Part shown: piece by piece, positions 37,647-48,549 of the stretch
Layout of the letters: every line of letters starts with the position of its first letter
Numbering within the stretch: the stretch's first letter is position 1
Assembly (NCBI GenBank): GCA_965221985.1
Contig: OZ244928.1
Location: 535,198 to 599,197 of the forward strand
Direction: 5' to 3'
From: Gammaproteobacteria bacterium
Lineage (GTDB): Bacteria > Pseudomonadota > Gammaproteobacteria > Steroidobacterales > GCA-2729495
DNA: 64,000 nucleotides
Made by a program: the position numbers and the translations under genes
The notes under the pieces: generated by a model
Seen by the model: the letters and a program-made list of their open reading frames with translations, nothing else
Databases searched by the model: none
Told to the model about the DNA's origin: nothing

Positions 37647-38381
37647 CTATGCTCGTTTCAACCGCAAACTCTTAATGACGGTAGCGGTCTTATCGCCACT
37701 CACGCGGTGTACGGTGTCGCCAACTTCGACTGACGTCGAGTCCTCGGCGAAGACGGACTCGAGGTTCGGCAGAACGTCATCCAGGTCAATGCCGAAAAAA
37801 TCACACACGCGATAGATAACGAAAGCCTGCGTATGTTTGCGATACACCTTCAATGCCCGGATACGTGTCGCATCGTCGATCGCCGTGTATTGGAACCGCT
37901 TGATCCGTCGGCCTGCTTTATCTCTAAAAAATAGGAACTTGACGTCAACTTGCACCTGATGGCCGGGGACGGTCTTTTCGTAGCGTTTGAAGGTGCTGGG
38001 CGATCGTTTAGGCGCTCCCGCAGGAAGACGACTCAAGCCGTTTCGCTTCAGCACTCCGAAAATGCCAGTTGGAGATACTTTCATGCCGTAGTAACGCTGC
38101 AGGTACCAGCTAATTCTCAGTTGCCCCAGGCCGAACTCACGTCGGATGTAGAGGATCTTTTCCTCGACGTCTTTCGGTACTCGGATTTTGGGATTCTCCG
38201 GACAAGGCTTCGAGTTGATCAGCGCCTCAGGTCCGCCTGTTTCGAACTGCTTCTTCCAACGATAAAAGCTATCTCGAGAAACACCGTATTTACGGCACGT
38301 ATGGCTGACATTTCCTGATTGTTTGGCGTGTTCAAGCACCTTCGTTTTTCGACGAATATCGGCTTCTGCTTGTCGATTCAT
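37647..38381 (-). pseudogene. IS481-family transposase, truncated (N-terminal HTH plus the start of the DDE core)
   Basis: The N-terminus ..GNVSHTCRKYGVSRDSFYRWKKQFE..GHQVQVDVKF..QYTAIDDATR parallels the intact transposase at 56495-57535, then diverges after about 200 aa. Only 244 aa. Confidence 0.6.
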
Positions 38382-38390
38382 TGTTCCCTC

Positions 38391-38426
38391 CTGACAGGTT
38401 CATTGATTCTAGAATGAACTGTCAGG
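38391..38426. repeat. Perfect 12-bp inverted repeat CTGACAGGTTCAT/ATGAACTGTCAG at the terminus of the truncated IS copy
   Basis: ctgacaggttcattgattctagaatgaactgtcagg. The CTGACA motif is shared with the ends of the intact IS. Confidence 0.5.
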
Positions 38427-38489
38427 CAAGGTCGGGAGTTTCAGAAGTAGTATCTGCGAAATAGACGCTACTTCAGGTACTCGAAGCAT

Positions 38490-38876
38490 TCATGGATCTG
38501 CCGTTGATGGCTTCCAGAGCACGAATGAGTTGTCGCTCGTGCAACCCATAGCCTCGATTATCTTGTTGTTATCGAGATCTGGAAATTGGGTCTGCAGTTC
38601 TTGAAGCAACCCAACCCGTTCGGCTGCCTCGTGCGAGACTACACATCCATCTGTGTCCGACGTTTTGAAGACGAACAACACGTCCTCGGCAAATGGCCCA
38701 TCGCTAGTAGTAACAATTCCGATTTCAGAGATGTCGGACCAACGGACCTCGATTCGCGAGTGCCCATCAATCTGCACGATGCCATCGTCGTTCAACTCCG
38801 TGGTTTCTCGTTCGCGCTTTATCACAAACGGTGCCAAGACGACGACGAATGCGATTCCGCCAAGAACCAACGGCAA
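38490..38876 (-). CDS. Hypothetical protein with an N-terminal TM helix
   Basis: A 128-aa ORF. Confidence 0.3.
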   Translation of the reverse strand: MPLVLGGIAFVVVLAPFVIKRERETTELNDDGIVQIDGHSRIEVRWSDISEIGIVTTSDGPFAEDVLFVFKTSDTDGCVVSHEAAERVGLLQELQTQFPDLDNNKIIEAMGCTSDNSFVLWKPSTADP

Positions 38877-39142
38877 TATCCATGATGCCGCTCCGGCTGC
38901 CGCTTTGTAGGCCAGATACGCGGCCGGTAGCCCGAATACGGCAACCTAAAACCATGCTATCGGCCTTCTCGGAAGAGGATCACCAATTGCCGTCATTTTC
39001 GATTGAACAACCAATTCATTCCAAACCTATAACTGTCCGGGCTATTCGCGGAATGGGTTCCGCCTTCGATTGTGGCTGTCTTGATTGCCCACGGAGCATC
39101 GTCACGATCTTCCCAAGCCGCAAACCACTCAAGCGCAGCTTC

Positions 39143-39853
39143 TCATAGTCGCGGCATGTCGTGTGTGCCGCTGGTCACTACTAGACCCAAGTCCGTACGG
39201 GTTGATTGCTCAGCCTTGGAGAAGAACATTTCACGCCCTGGATCAAACGTCGGATTGCTGGCGATTCGGCCCCAAAACAGATCCGGGTCGACGAAAGCCG
39301 AGTAGAGCACCATGTGGCCGCCTCTGCTTTGTCCGAAAAGAACACGACGGGTTGAGTCGGCCAGATACCGCGTTTCCACTTCTGGCAGAAGCTCCGATTG
39401 CAGGAAGGACAGAAACAACGGTGCTCCGCCTTGTTCGCTCGTCGCGTCCGAAGCTGGCGCGGAAAAGTCGAATCCGCGCTTATTCGTTGCCGGATCAAAA
39501 GAACCGTAAGCGATCCCGACAATAATCGCCTTCGGCAAGTCTTCGTCGAGACTTAGAAACAAGTGATTGCCTGCCAGAATTGGAAACAGCGAATCTCCGT
39601 CGAGCAGATAGATGACCGTATACTTAAGACTCTCAGATGGATCATATCCTTCCGGCAAACTCACGTAGATATGAAACGGCCGCCCAACGAAACGAGAGTC
39701 GAGCTTAAAATAGTCGCCAGAAATTGCGGGCAAATGATCGAGCGGAACGGTCGATTTGGAATGGACTATCGACGGTGGCGCTTCAGATCGACACCCGAGA
39801 AGGACCAACAAGGCCAATAGCAAAATGGAGAATTGATACGTTGGTCTATGCAA
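39143..39853 (-). CDS. Alpha/beta hydrolase, putative esterase family (secreted)
   Basis: Signal peptide, then the nucleophile elbow GQSRGG (GxSxG) and YLLDGDS. Confidence 0.65.
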   Translation of the reverse strand: MHRPTYQFSILLLALLVLLGCRSEAPPSIVHSKSTVPLDHLPAISGDYFKLDSRFVGRPFHIYVSLPEGYDPSESLKYTVIYLLDGDSLFPILAGNHLFLSLDEDLPKAIIVGIAYGSFDPATNKRGFDFSAPASDATSEQGGAPLFLSFLQSELLPEVETRYLADSTRRVLFGQSRGGHMVLYSAFVDPDLFWGRIASNPTFDPGREMFFSKAEQSTRTDLGLVVTSGTHDMPRL

Positions 39854-40237
39854 TCGCGATCACCACCGGAATCTGTCGGTTAGTGTCCCAGCTGACAAGT
39901 CGGCTATTCGAAAATAGTCTGTATCAGTCCGTCTCAATCAACGGATTAACTCTACCGTACTGGAGTTATTTTTGTTGCAAATCTCGATTTGAGAAATTAT
40001 AAAGTAGTCGTTCTGCGATTTTCCGCGAATTATTTAAGAGTCGACTAGCAACTACAAAGACTCGGATCGACAAAGCGTCGATGCCCCTCGGGCTAACAAC
40101 GCCCGTGACCCCAGTTCCAATCTCGGAACATCCTTGTCGCGAATCACTCGCGACCGAAAATATCTGGCAGCAACTTTTTTTAGCGCTTCTTTTCCGCAGG
40201 CGGAAACTTCGCTTGCGTCTGGATTTTGGAGGTCTAC

Positions 40238-40603
40238 ATGGGAAATAAACCGAGCATCATTCCGCCGCGGCTCATACGGTTCCGCGACGCGCCCAGCTAT
40301 CTGGGCATGGACCGGAATCGGTTCAACAAAGAGATCCGGCCCTACCTAACCGAGGTGAGGGTCGGTGTACAAGGCAGGGCATTTGACCGGCTTGAACTGG
40401 ACGACATGGCAGAGCAGTATATTGCTTGCAACGGACGTCCCGGTCGACTCAAAGGAGAACGACTATGGGACGAAAACGAACGCCCGGCCTCGTCAAGAAA
40501 GGCGAAGTCTGGCACATCGACAAACGTATCGAAGGGCAACGGGTTTGCGTCAGTTGTGGCACAACTCGACTTGAAGAAGCGGAGCGATTCCTCTCAAAAC
40601 TAA
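40238..40603 (+). CDS. Putative AlpA/excisionase-like DNA-binding protein
   Basis: RLIRFRDAPSYLGMDRNRFNKEIRPYLTEVRVG resembles AlpA-family HTH proteins. Immediately upstream of the integrase, and overlapping it. Confidence 0.35.
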   Translation: MGNKPSIIPPRLIRFRDAPSYLGMDRNRFNKEIRPYLTEVRVGVQGRAFDRLELDDMAEQYIACNGRPGRLKGERLWDENERPASSRKAKSGTSTNVSKGNGFASVVAQLDLKKRSDSSQN

Positions 40604-41547
40604 TCGAGGATACTCGCAATGCAAAGATCTATGGAGTAAGGCCGGAACGGAGCTTTGAAGAGGCCGCAATCAAATTCGTCGAAGAGAATCAGCACAAGCG
40701 ATCACTCAGAAGCGACATTGGCCTCCTCAAGCAACTGATGCCGTGGATTGGTACGCTGCCTTTGCAGCGCATCCATCTTGGCACCTTACAACCCTACATC
40801 GATCACAAACGAAAGGAGGGAAGAGCACCTGGGACGATCAATCACGGATTGAAGGTGGTTCGACGCATCCTGAATCTCGCCGAAGCCGAGTGGATGGATG
40901 AACACGGCCTAACCTGGCTCGAGCGAGCACCACGGATCAAGTTGCTGCCCGATACCAACAAGCGGCAACCATATCCGCTGAGTTGGGATGAACAGCAAAG
41001 GTTGTTCTCAGCATTACCGTCGCATCTGGCCGAAATGGCGTTGTTCACCGTCAACACCGGATGCCGCGATAGCGAAGTTTGCAACCTGCGTTGGGATTGG
41101 GAAGTGAAGGTCCCCGAACTCGACACGTGCGTATTCATCGTGCCGGGATCATTCGTCAAGAACGGTGATGAGCGACTGGTAGTCTTGAACGACATCGCGA
41201 GCTCCGTCGTGGAATCGCGTCGCGGTAAGCACGCGACACACGTTTTCGCGTACAAGGACAAACCGATCGCCCGGATGCTGAACAGCTCCTGGTGCCGGGT
41301 TCGCAAAGTCGTCGAGCTACCGAAAGTTCGTGTTCACGACTTGAAGCACACCTTCGGCCGACGTCTTCGGGCCGCCGGCGTGAGCTTCGAGGACCGGCAG
41401 GACTTACTCGGCCATCGCTCCGGACGAATGACCACACACTACTCGGCCGCTGAGCTGACAAAACTCATCGAAGCTGCGAACCGTGTGTGTGAACGAGAAG
41501 GTAACAAGCTCGAGCTCGTGGTATTGCGACGGCTCAGCGTAAGCTGA
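40465..41547 (+). CDS. int: Tyrosine-type site-specific integrase
   Basis: The C-terminal catalytic region VHDLKHTFGRRLRAAGVSFEDRQDLLGHRSGRMTTHYSAAEL (R..H..R..Y). SD AAGGAG before ATG 40465. The track ORF starts at TTG 40426. Confidence 0.85.
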   Translation: MGRKRTPGLVKKGEVWHIDKRIEGQRVCVSCGTTRLEEAERFLSKLIEDTRNAKIYGVRPERSFEEAAIKFVEENQHKRSLRSDIGLLKQLMPWIGTLPLQRIHLGTLQPYIDHKRKEGRAPGTINHGLKVVRRILNLAEAEWMDEHGLTWLERAPRIKLLPDTNKRQPYPLSWDEQQRLFSALPSHLAEMALFTVNTGCRDSEVCNLRWDWEVKVPELDTCVFIVPGSFVKNGDERLVVLNDIASSVVESRRGKHATHVFAYKDKPIARMLNSSWCRVRKVVELPKVRVHDLKHTFGRRLRAAGVSFEDRQDLLGHRSGRMTTHYSAAELTKLIEAANRVCEREGNKLELVVLRRLSVS

Positions 41548-41604
41548 CTCGCGCAAAATTCACGAAAAGGGTTGAGAGAAAAACTTGGATACGACGCAAG
41601 TCGT

Positions 41605-41688
<84 letters not shown>

Positions 41689-41869
41689 ATTTTTTGGCTA
41701 TCGCGGTGTTGTGCCGCGGGTCGGGCGTGGGGCCGACGGAGCGGGGTATTAAAGCCGCTGGGGCTTGTGTGCGTCAAGGTATAATCGTTCTAACAATATG
41801 CCGCTGATTGGCTGATTTTCTAAGAAGTTTTGACAGCGGGCGCGTGGCTCTCTAATCTCGCCACTATCT

Positions 41870-43216
41870 TTGCAGTGCGGCTTGGGGCCGTTGCTGCCGA
41901 CAATTTCCGCTTTTTTACTTATGGCTGTTCGTTCCGAAGACTTGTCTGCCGACGATTCTGTATTTGACCTGGATCGGCGCTATAGCGCCGTTCGTGAGAC
42001 CAGCATGGCTTTGTGCCGCACCTTGGAGCCTGAGGATTTCGTGGTGCAGTCCATGCCTAGTGTCAGTCCGGCTAAGTGGCATTTGGCCCATACCACCTGG
42101 TTTTTCGAGCAATTCGTGCTGGTGGAGCATGCCCCCGACTACAGCGTCTTGAACGAGCAATATGCCTATCTGTTTAACTCTTATTATCACAGTAAGGGCC
42201 AGATGCATCCGCGCGCCGAGCGGGGACTGCTGTCGCGGCCGACGGTGCGTGAGATCGAGGCCTATCGGGAGCACGTGGATGAAGCCATCCTGTCGCTGCT
42301 GGAAAACGAAACCTCATCCGCGGTGGCCAAGCTCATTGAATTGGGTCTAAACCATGAGCAACAGCATCAAGAACTGATGTTGACGGACATCAAGCACGTA
42401 TTTTCGGTCAATCCTTTGCGGCCGGCCCTGGTGGATGCGCAGTTTGGACATCGTCTAACACCGATTCCGGATTTGGGCTACGAACAATTTGACGGCGGTA
42501 TTATTGAAATTGGGGCCACCGCCCAGGACGACTTTGCCTTCGATAACGAAACGCCTCGGCACCGCAGCTTGTTGCGGCCCTATCAACTGGGCAACCGCTT
42601 GGTAACGAACGGCGAGTATCGTGCCTTTATACGCTCGGGTGCTTATGCCGACAGTCAGCTTTGGTTGGCGGACGGCTGGGCTTGGGTGCAGAAACAGCAA
42701 ATCGAACGGCCCTTGTACTGGTCGCAGGATCTAAAACGCGAGTTCACCTTGAGTGGTATTCGTCAATTGGATGCGGATGCGCCCGTTTGTCATGTGAGCT
42801 TTTACGAAGCCGACGCCTACGCGCGTTGGGCCGGTGCCAGGCTGCCCACGGAAGCGGAATGGGAATTCGCCGCCGCGCAGGCTCCCGTCGATGGCAACCT
42901 GATTAATCGCGGTAAATTGCATCCGCAACCCTTAAAGCGGCGCGAACATCCGGTGGCGCAGTTATTCGGCGATGTTTGGGAATGGACCGCCTCCAGCTAT
43001 TCGGCCTATCCGGGATTCAAACCACTGGAAGGCTCATTGGGGGAATACAACGGCAAATTCATGTGCAACCAAATGGTTTGCCGGGGCGGCTCCTGCGTTA
43101 CACCGCCGGATCATATCCGCGCCAGCTACCGAAACTTTTTCTACCCGCAGGAGCGTTGGCAGTTTTTCGGTATTCGTCTCGCCAAGGATAGCGGGCCAAA
43201 TCAAGCTGACGAGTGA
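41870..43216 (+). CDS. egtB: Ergothioneine biosynthesis sulfoxide synthase EgtB (DinB_2 plus FGE-sulfatase domains)
   Basis: KWHLAHTTWFFEQFVL, NGEYRAFIRSGAY and GDVWEWTASSY. The true start is possibly at an internal Met (about 41921). Confidence 0.8.
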   Translation: MQCGLGPLLPTISAFLLMAVRSEDLSADDSVFDLDRRYSAVRETSMALCRTLEPEDFVVQSMPSVSPAKWHLAHTTWFFEQFVLVEHAPDYSVLNEQYAYLFNSYYHSKGQMHPRAERGLLSRPTVREIEAYREHVDEAILSLLENETSSAVAKLIELGLNHEQQHQELMLTDIKHVFSVNPLRPALVDAQFGHRLTPIPDLGYEQFDGGIIEIGATAQDDFAFDNETPRHRSLLRPYQLGNRLVTNGEYRAFIRSGAYADSQLWLADGWAWVQKQQIERPLYWSQDLKREFTLSGIRQLDADAPVCHVSFYEADAYARWAGARLPTEAEWEFAAAQAPVDGNLINRGKLHPQPLKRREHPVAQLFGDVWEWTASSYSAYPGFKPLEGSLGEYNGKFMCNQMVCRGGSCVTPPDHIRASYRNFFYPQERWQFFGIRLAKDSGPNQADE

Positions 43217-44178
43217 ACACCTCCAGCGCCATGTCCCTGAGCGAAGACTCTGGGCAAGAAGACGAAGTTGCGGCGATTCTCGCCGGTCTCAATAAACAAC
43301 CCAAGACTGTCTCGGCTAAGTATTTCTACGATGAGCGGGGCTCGCGGCTGTTCGATGAGATTTGCGAACAACCTGAATATTACCTAACGCGCACTGAACT
43401 GGGCATCATGCGGGCTCATTTATCTGAGATCGCGGCGGCCATTGGCTCACGGGCCACGCTAATCGAATACGGGTCCGGCTCTAGTATAAAGACGAAAGAG
43501 TTGCTCGATGCCTTGGAGCAGCCGACAGCCTATATCCCCGTGGATATTTCGGGTGAGCATTTACAGTCGGTGGCGAAACAATTGACGGAAAGCTATCCCA
43601 ATATTGAAGTGTTGCCCGTGTGCGCTGACTTTACGCAGCACATTTCGCTACCCCAGCCCCAGGGCGATGCAGACCGCCGGATTGTATACTTCCCCGGCTC
43701 TACCATTGGTAATTTCTCGCGACCACAGGCGCTGAAGCTGCTAAAGAAAATCCATCATGAGGCTGGCCCAAAGGGTGGCCTATTGATTGGCGTTGATTTG
43801 ATTAAGGATGACCAGGAGTTGGAAGAAGCCTATAACGATTCCGCCGGCATTACAGCCGAGTTCAACCTTAACTTGTTGCGGCATTTAAACCGCGAATTTG
43901 ATAGCGATTTTGATTTACAAGCGTTCGAACACAAAGCTATTTACGATGCGGCCAATCAGCGCATCGAGATGCGCCTGATTAGTCAAAAAGATCAGAACGT
44001 CGAAATCCAGGGCGAAGTGTTGAAGCTAAGAGCTGGCGAATACATTGTCACCGAACATTCCCACAAGTATTCACGCCAGGGCTTTGCGGCCATGGCGAAA
44101 GAATCGGGATTCACGGTACGCCGTGTTTGGACTGATGCCAAGGAACTGTTTAGCGTGCAGTTCTTGGCAACTGCTTAG
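43213..44178 (+). CDS. egtD: L-histidine N-alpha-methyltransferase EgtD
   Basis: YFYDERGSRLFDEICEQPEYYLTRTELGIM.. Four-bp overlap with egtB. Confidence 0.8.
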   Translation: MNTSSAMSLSEDSGQEDEVAAILAGLNKQPKTVSAKYFYDERGSRLFDEICEQPEYYLTRTELGIMRAHLSEIAAAIGSRATLIEYGSGSSIKTKELLDALEQPTAYIPVDISGEHLQSVAKQLTESYPNIEVLPVCADFTQHISLPQPQGDADRRIVYFPGSTIGNFSRPQALKLLKKIHHEAGPKGGLLIGVDLIKDDQELEEAYNDSAGITAEFNLNLLRHLNREFDSDFDLQAFEHKAIYDAANQRIEMRLISQKDQNVEIQGEVLKLRAGEYIVTEHSHKYSRQGFAAMAKESGFTVRRVWTDAKELFSVQFLATA

Positions 44179-44181
44179 ATT

Positions 44182-44448
44182 CTATTCCGGCACATACTCG
44201 GCGGGCTTTTCCGCGCCGCCCGAGAACAAGAATTTCTCCATTTCGGTTTCGAGAAACTCGCGGGCTTTGGGTTCTATGGGTGTTAGCCGGTACTCATTAA
44301 TTAGCATGGTCTGATGAGCCAGCCATTGTTGCCAGGCTTCTTTAGATATTTCTTCGAAGATCCGCTGACCAATTTTGCCCGGATAGGGTGGATAGTCGAG
44401 ACCTTCGGTTTCGACACCCAGTAACACGCATTTCACTTGGCGGCTCAT
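44182..44448 (-). CDS. yggX: Fe(2+)-trafficking / oxidative-damage protection protein YggX
   Basis: [52 protein letters not shown].. is very similar to E. coli YggX. Confidence 0.85.
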   Translation of the reverse strand: MSRQVKCVLLGVETEGLDYPPYPGKIGQRIFEEISKEAWQQWLAHQTMLINEYRLTPIEPKAREFLETEMEKFLFSGGAEKPAEYVPE

Positions 44449-45512
44449 AGTTCAGCTCCAATTTCTTCCAGTAACCGAGACACCGGGGCGGCGAGACCGA
44501 CCTTGTCTGGGTCGCGAAGGTTATACCAAAGCCACTGATCCGTCTCCATGACTCGATCAGGCAGCGATTCAAACCGCACAAGCACAGGGGTCATGGATAG
44601 ATCGAAGTGCGTGAATCCGTGAGCAATGCTTGGGCGCACTTCTAGTTCTACTGGCGAGATACCGAGCTGCTGGGCGCAAAATTGCGTGGCCTCTTCCGGT
44701 TTACCGGCTTCGGGTAAGCCCCAAAGACCACCCCATATGCCCTCGCTGGGACGCTTGTGCAAAAGCACGCGACCATCTTTGCGCAAGACCACGAAGACCG
44801 CGGTGGCGCGTTGTGGCCGCTTGCGCTTGGGCGCACGGCCAGGCAATTCAGTTTGGCGGCCTTGCACATAGGCGGTACACATAGTTTGCAAGGGGCAACC
44901 GGCACATAAGGGCTTACCGCGGCGGCAGAGGCTAGCACCTAGATCCATGATGGCTTGGGTGTAGTTCGCCGTTTGTTTTTCCGGAGTGCATGACTCCGCG
45001 TGGTCCCAAAGTTCCCGGGCGACGGCAGCTTTGCCGGGCCAGCCTGACACATTAAATACACGAGCTAGTACGCGCTTGGCATTGCCATCGAGGATGGGGT
45101 GGCGTTGGTTGCAAGCCAAGGCCAGTATGGCACCGGCGGTTGAACGCCCAATGCCCGGCAAGGCGACGAGTTCGTCAAAGTTTATGGGCAAGCTTTGCGA
45201 AGATGTTTCGGCCACTATACAAGCCGCGCGATGCATGTTTCTTGCGCGAGCGTAATAACCAAGACCGGACCATTGGTGTAGAACTTCGTCCAAGGGCGCG
45301 GCGGCCAATTCGACAATACTCGGGAAGCGCGCCATGAACCGATCGTAGTAGCGGGCCACCGTGGCGACTTGGGTCTGTTGCAGCATGATTTCCGACACCC
45401 AAACTCGATAAGGCGTTGGGTCTTGCTGCCAAGGTAAATCTTTACGGCCATGACGCCGCCACCACGCAAGTAGCGAGGGCGCAAGTTGGCTGTGACGCGG
45501 ATCGGCGGACAT
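44445..45512 (-). CDS. mutY: A/G-specific adenine DNA glycosylase MutY
   Basis: [16 protein letters not shown] and LGYYARARN, an FeS Cys cluster, and a C-terminal NUDIX-like domain. Confidence 0.9.
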   Translation of the reverse strand: MSADPRHSQLAPSLLAWWRRHGRKDLPWQQDPTPYRVWVSEIMLQQTQVATVARYYDRFMARFPSIVELAAAPLDEVLHQWSGLGYYARARNMHRAACIVAETSSQSLPINFDELVALPGIGRSTAGAILALACNQRHPILDGNAKRVLARVFNVSGWPGKAAVARELWDHAESCTPEKQTANYTQAIMDLGASLCRRGKPLCAGCPLQTMCTAYVQGRQTELPGRAPKRKRPQRATAVFVVLRKDGRVLLHKRPSEGIWGGLWGLPEAGKPEEATQFCAQQLGISPVELEVRPSIAHGFTHFDLSMTPVLVRFESLPDRVMETDQWLWYNLRDPDKVGLAAPVSRLLEEIGAEL

Positions 45513-45529
45513 GTTATTAAGTTGTCTTG

Positions 45530-48007
45530 CTAGCCGCCAAGTAGATCGCGGATGCCCCGTTTGATCATATCGCGGGACGATTCTTCTTCCGGTTCTGGCT
45601 CTGGCTCCGGCTCCGCGGGAGTTGCAGGCGCTGGGGCTTCTTCCGGTGATGCTTGGGAACCCTCTTCAGGCTGCGGTGCCGCTTCTGGTTCTGATTCCTT
45701 GCGACCCAGGCCAAGACGGTCTAGCAATCGCCGCTTAGCTTTTTCCACGGCGAGGTTCTTGGCCAGATCAGCCAGATCGACACCAATCTTGGGTGATTCC
45801 AGCGTGCCGCCAATGGTTAAGGGAATGCGCAGCCCCAGCAGGTCGTCATAGGTTTCGCCGTCGGCGAAGGTCGGTATTTCAAATACTTTTGCGTCTAAAC
45901 GATAGTCCAAGGTTTGGTTCACTACATCGAGATCGCCGCGGCCGCTTAAGCGTAGGAAGGGGATTTCGGCGAATATGTTCTCGCTGCGTAAGTTACCGCC
46001 TTGTAGGCGGCCATCTATTTTAAGCGCCTTGATCGCCGTTTCATTGGGCCCCGTGGCAGCGGGCAATGGCTTACGGCGTATGCGTGCGCGGGCCACACGA
46101 ATTTCTTGCCAAATATCCATGCCTTTATACACGCCGTCCGCCAAGTCGATGGATAAATTGCCCTTTAGGGTTGGCAATAACTCGTCCTGATCCAGACCGG
46201 TGCCACTGGCTTGAATTTGTGCCGCCATTAGGCCCGTGAGTTGATCCAACTCGGCAAAGTCCATGAGCAAGCCATTGGCCTGCACCGCGGCTAGGGATTG
46301 ATTCAACTTAACGCGTGGCTTGTCACCGCTTAGGTTAATGGTAACGCCGCCGCGATAGTTGCCGCCGTAGAGATTCGCGGTGGCGGGTTCGAAAAGAATC
46401 ACACCGTCTTTGGCGCTTACTTGGGCCGCGAAATCTTGTAGCTGGGTACCAGCGACTTGCAGGGCGCTCACTTTGATATCGCCGTTTAGGTTGAGATCGC
46501 GCAGCGCGCTGTAGTCATCGCCCTTGGTGACTGTACCGGCCGGTTTTGCCTCGTCGCCTTGGGAATCGCCGCTGGCTTTATCAGGAGCCAGATAGCGATC
46601 CAGATCTACCTGGTCGGCGTCCAAATCGAACCTTAGCTTTGGCTTGGCCAAGTTGATTGCGCTCAGAGATCCACTGACCTTGGTATCGTCAAGTCCAAGC
46701 TGCAAGTTGCTCAAATCGATACGATCATCGCCGAGCTGCCAGTTGCCGCTGCCGGAAAACTTCTTTAGCACCGCGGCATCGGAAGTTTCCGGCGGCGACT
46801 CACCGAAGGCGGTTAATAAATCGCGGGGGGAAACCTGCCCCAGTTTAAAACTACCCGCAATCTTGCTCTTACCCGCTTCCCAACGGCCACCTCCCAGCAA
46901 ATCCAGCGGCGCACCGGCAACACTCGCTTTCGCGTTTAACGCATCAAGGCTGATGGCGCCGGTATCTGCCGCATAGCTCAAGCTATGCAAATCACCCTGG
47001 CCGGTGGATTTACCGGCGGGCAGATCGCCGCCGCTGGCCTGGATATTGAACTTCGGCGAGGTGGCGGTTACTTCTAAAGGTTCCGCCGCGGACAAATTAA
47101 GCGCCAGCACCTCGACGTCCGCGTCTAGTTGGCCGCCCTCGCCCAGTGGGCCGTTCTTGCCGCTTAGGGTAAAGCTTAGATTCTCGCCCTGGGTCAGAAT
47201 CTCATCGCTAAAATCCACACTTAGGTTCGGTGCCTTTACGCCTAAATCAACGTCACCCCATTCGGCACTCACCAGCGCGATGTCCCCACTCAGGTCCTCC
47301 AAGCGTAAGCCCACGAGTTCTGGATCCAGCATGGCATCGGCGGTAAATTGCACATCCGCACGGGAATCCGCGATACGATCCACCAGACCGAAGGATGTTT
47401 CTAAATTGAATTGCTTGCCGGGTTCCAGGTCTCCGGTCTTCAAATTGAAATTTTCGAGCCGATAATCAAGCTTATCAATTTCATCACGCAAAGTGACATT
47501 GGCATTGACGATGTCAATCTCCTCGATGGCCAAGGCCTGGAAGTCTTCGTTATCGTCTTTGGTGTCGTCGGGCCCACGTCCCGATTCTTCGTCTTGCTCG
47601 TCGCTACCCATGAGCCGCCAATTCTCGGCACCATCGGCTAGCCGCAAAATCTCAACATCCAGGCCCTCTAGCTTGAGCTCGGCAATGCGCAACTCGCGGC
47701 GCGTGATCAATGGCCACAGCTGCAAACCCAAACGGGCGGAATCGACACTCGCGAAGTGCGGCGCCTCGAATCCGGGTGGATTGCTTAAGGTGGTGCGCCC
47801 GAGCGAAATAGCACAACAGGGCACAAGGTTCAGCGACAAATCACCATCGATGTTGAGCTGGCGCCCCGTTTGCTCCTCAACGGCCTGCGCAATTTCATCG
47901 CGGTAGTCGTTGGGCTCAACGAAAAATAGTAACCCGCCAACCAAAAAGGCCAGGCCAACAACAATCACGACCAGCAGACCGAGGCCGAGCTTAAATAGCA
48001 TCCTCAT
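45530..48007 (-). CDS. asmA: AsmA family outer-membrane biogenesis protein
   Basis: The N-terminal TM anchor MRMLFKLGLGLLVVIVVGLAFLVGGLLFF followed by the AsmA N-domain, with an acidic/Pro-rich C-terminus. Confidence 0.8.
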   Translation of the reverse strand: MRMLFKLGLGLLVVIVVGLAFLVGGLLFFVEPNDYRDEIAQAVEEQTGRQLNIDGDLSLNLVPCCAISLGRTTLSNPPGFEAPHFASVDSARLGLQLWPLITRRELRIAELKLEGLDVEILRLADGAENWRLMGSDEQDEESGRGPDDTKDDNEDFQALAIEEIDIVNANVTLRDEIDKLDYRLENFNLKTGDLEPGKQFNLETSFGLVDRIADSRADVQFTADAMLDPELVGLRLEDLSGDIALVSAEWGDVDLGVKAPNLSVDFSDEILTQGENLSFTLSGKNGPLGEGGQLDADVEVLALNLSAAEPLEVTATSPKFNIQASGGDLPAGKSTGQGDLHSLSYAADTGAISLDALNAKASVAGAPLDLLGGGRWEAGKSKIAGSFKLGQVSPRDLLTAFGESPPETSDAAVLKKFSGSGNWQLGDDRIDLSNLQLGLDDTKVSGSLSAINLAKPKLRFDLDADQVDLDRYLAPDKASGDSQGDEAKPAGTVTKGDDYSALRDLNLNGDIKVSALQVAGTQLQDFAAQVSAKDGVILFEPATANLYGGNYRGGVTINLSGDKPRVKLNQSLAAVQANGLLMDFAELDQLTGLMAAQIQASGTGLDQDELLPTLKGNLSIDLADGVYKGMDIWQEIRVARARIRRKPLPAATGPNETAIKALKIDGRLQGGNLRSENIFAEIPFLRLSGRGDLDVVNQTLDYRLDAKVFEIPTFADGETYDDLLGLRIPLTIGGTLESPKIGVDLADLAKNLAVEKAKRRLLDRLGLGRKESEPEAAPQPEEGSQASPEEAPAPATPAEPEPEPEPEEESSRDMIKRGIRDLLGG

Positions 48008-48063
48008 GGGAACTATTAGAGCATTACCGCGCTAGGCGGCCAACCGGAAATCGAGCGTGCTGC

Positions 48064-48549
48064 TTAGCAGCTGGTCTGGGTAACCGTCAGAACTGGATTG
48101 TCGCCCATCTGGCTGGGTGGTTGGTAGGTCACACCGCAGCCGCCACTTCGGGCATCGCGATGCCGCCAGCTACCGCGATCGAAAATAAAGGCTTGAGTTT
48201 CAGGCTGACCCAGCGCTGAGGCGATGGTCGCAGCTGATGGAAAGCCATGGACCATGGCCACATCGCCTGAGCCAAGCCGCAAGATCGGCGGACGTTCCCT
48301 GGCCTGCCAAATGGCGTGGGCAACCTGGGTGGCACTCTCTACATTAGCGGCCAGGGATTGAACCTCTGCATGTCGTGCCTCGGAAGAGAAACTAAGGTGC
48401 CTGGGCACCGCCAACATGGCCAGAACACTAAAGCAGGCGACGACCACTGCCACATCGACACCACTGATGCCGCGTTGCGGTCGCATTGCTTGACTCTTTA
48501 TTAAGTGTTTCTTCGGCACCGGACTTATGACAGCTCGTACAAGGCGCAC
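48064..48549 (-). CDS. Possible prepilin-type (pseudopilin-like) protein
   Basis: RGISGVDVAVVVACFSVLAMLAVP resembles a prepilin leader with a hydrophobic helix, but carries D rather than E at +5. Weak. Overlaps a second doubtful minus ORF at 48428-48943. Confidence 0.3.
   Translation of the reverse strand: MRLVRAVISPVPKKHLIKSQAMRPQRGISGVDVAVVVACFSVLAMLAVPRHLSFSSEARHAEVQSLAANVESATQVAHAIWQARERPPILRLGSGDVAMVHGFPSAATIASALGQPETQAFIFDRGSWRHRDARSGGCGVTYQPPSQMGDNPVLTVTQTSC

Noticed and set aside
44190-44225. A GC-rich hairpin (GGCGGG..CCGCC) after egtD that looked like a bidirectional terminator
   Set aside because: It lies inside the yggX coding sequence on the minus strand, so a terminator call is not justified.
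45552-47906. Multiple plus-strand ORFs rich in Ser/Ala/Pro
   Set aside because: They are antisense to the AsmA gene and have low-complexity translations.
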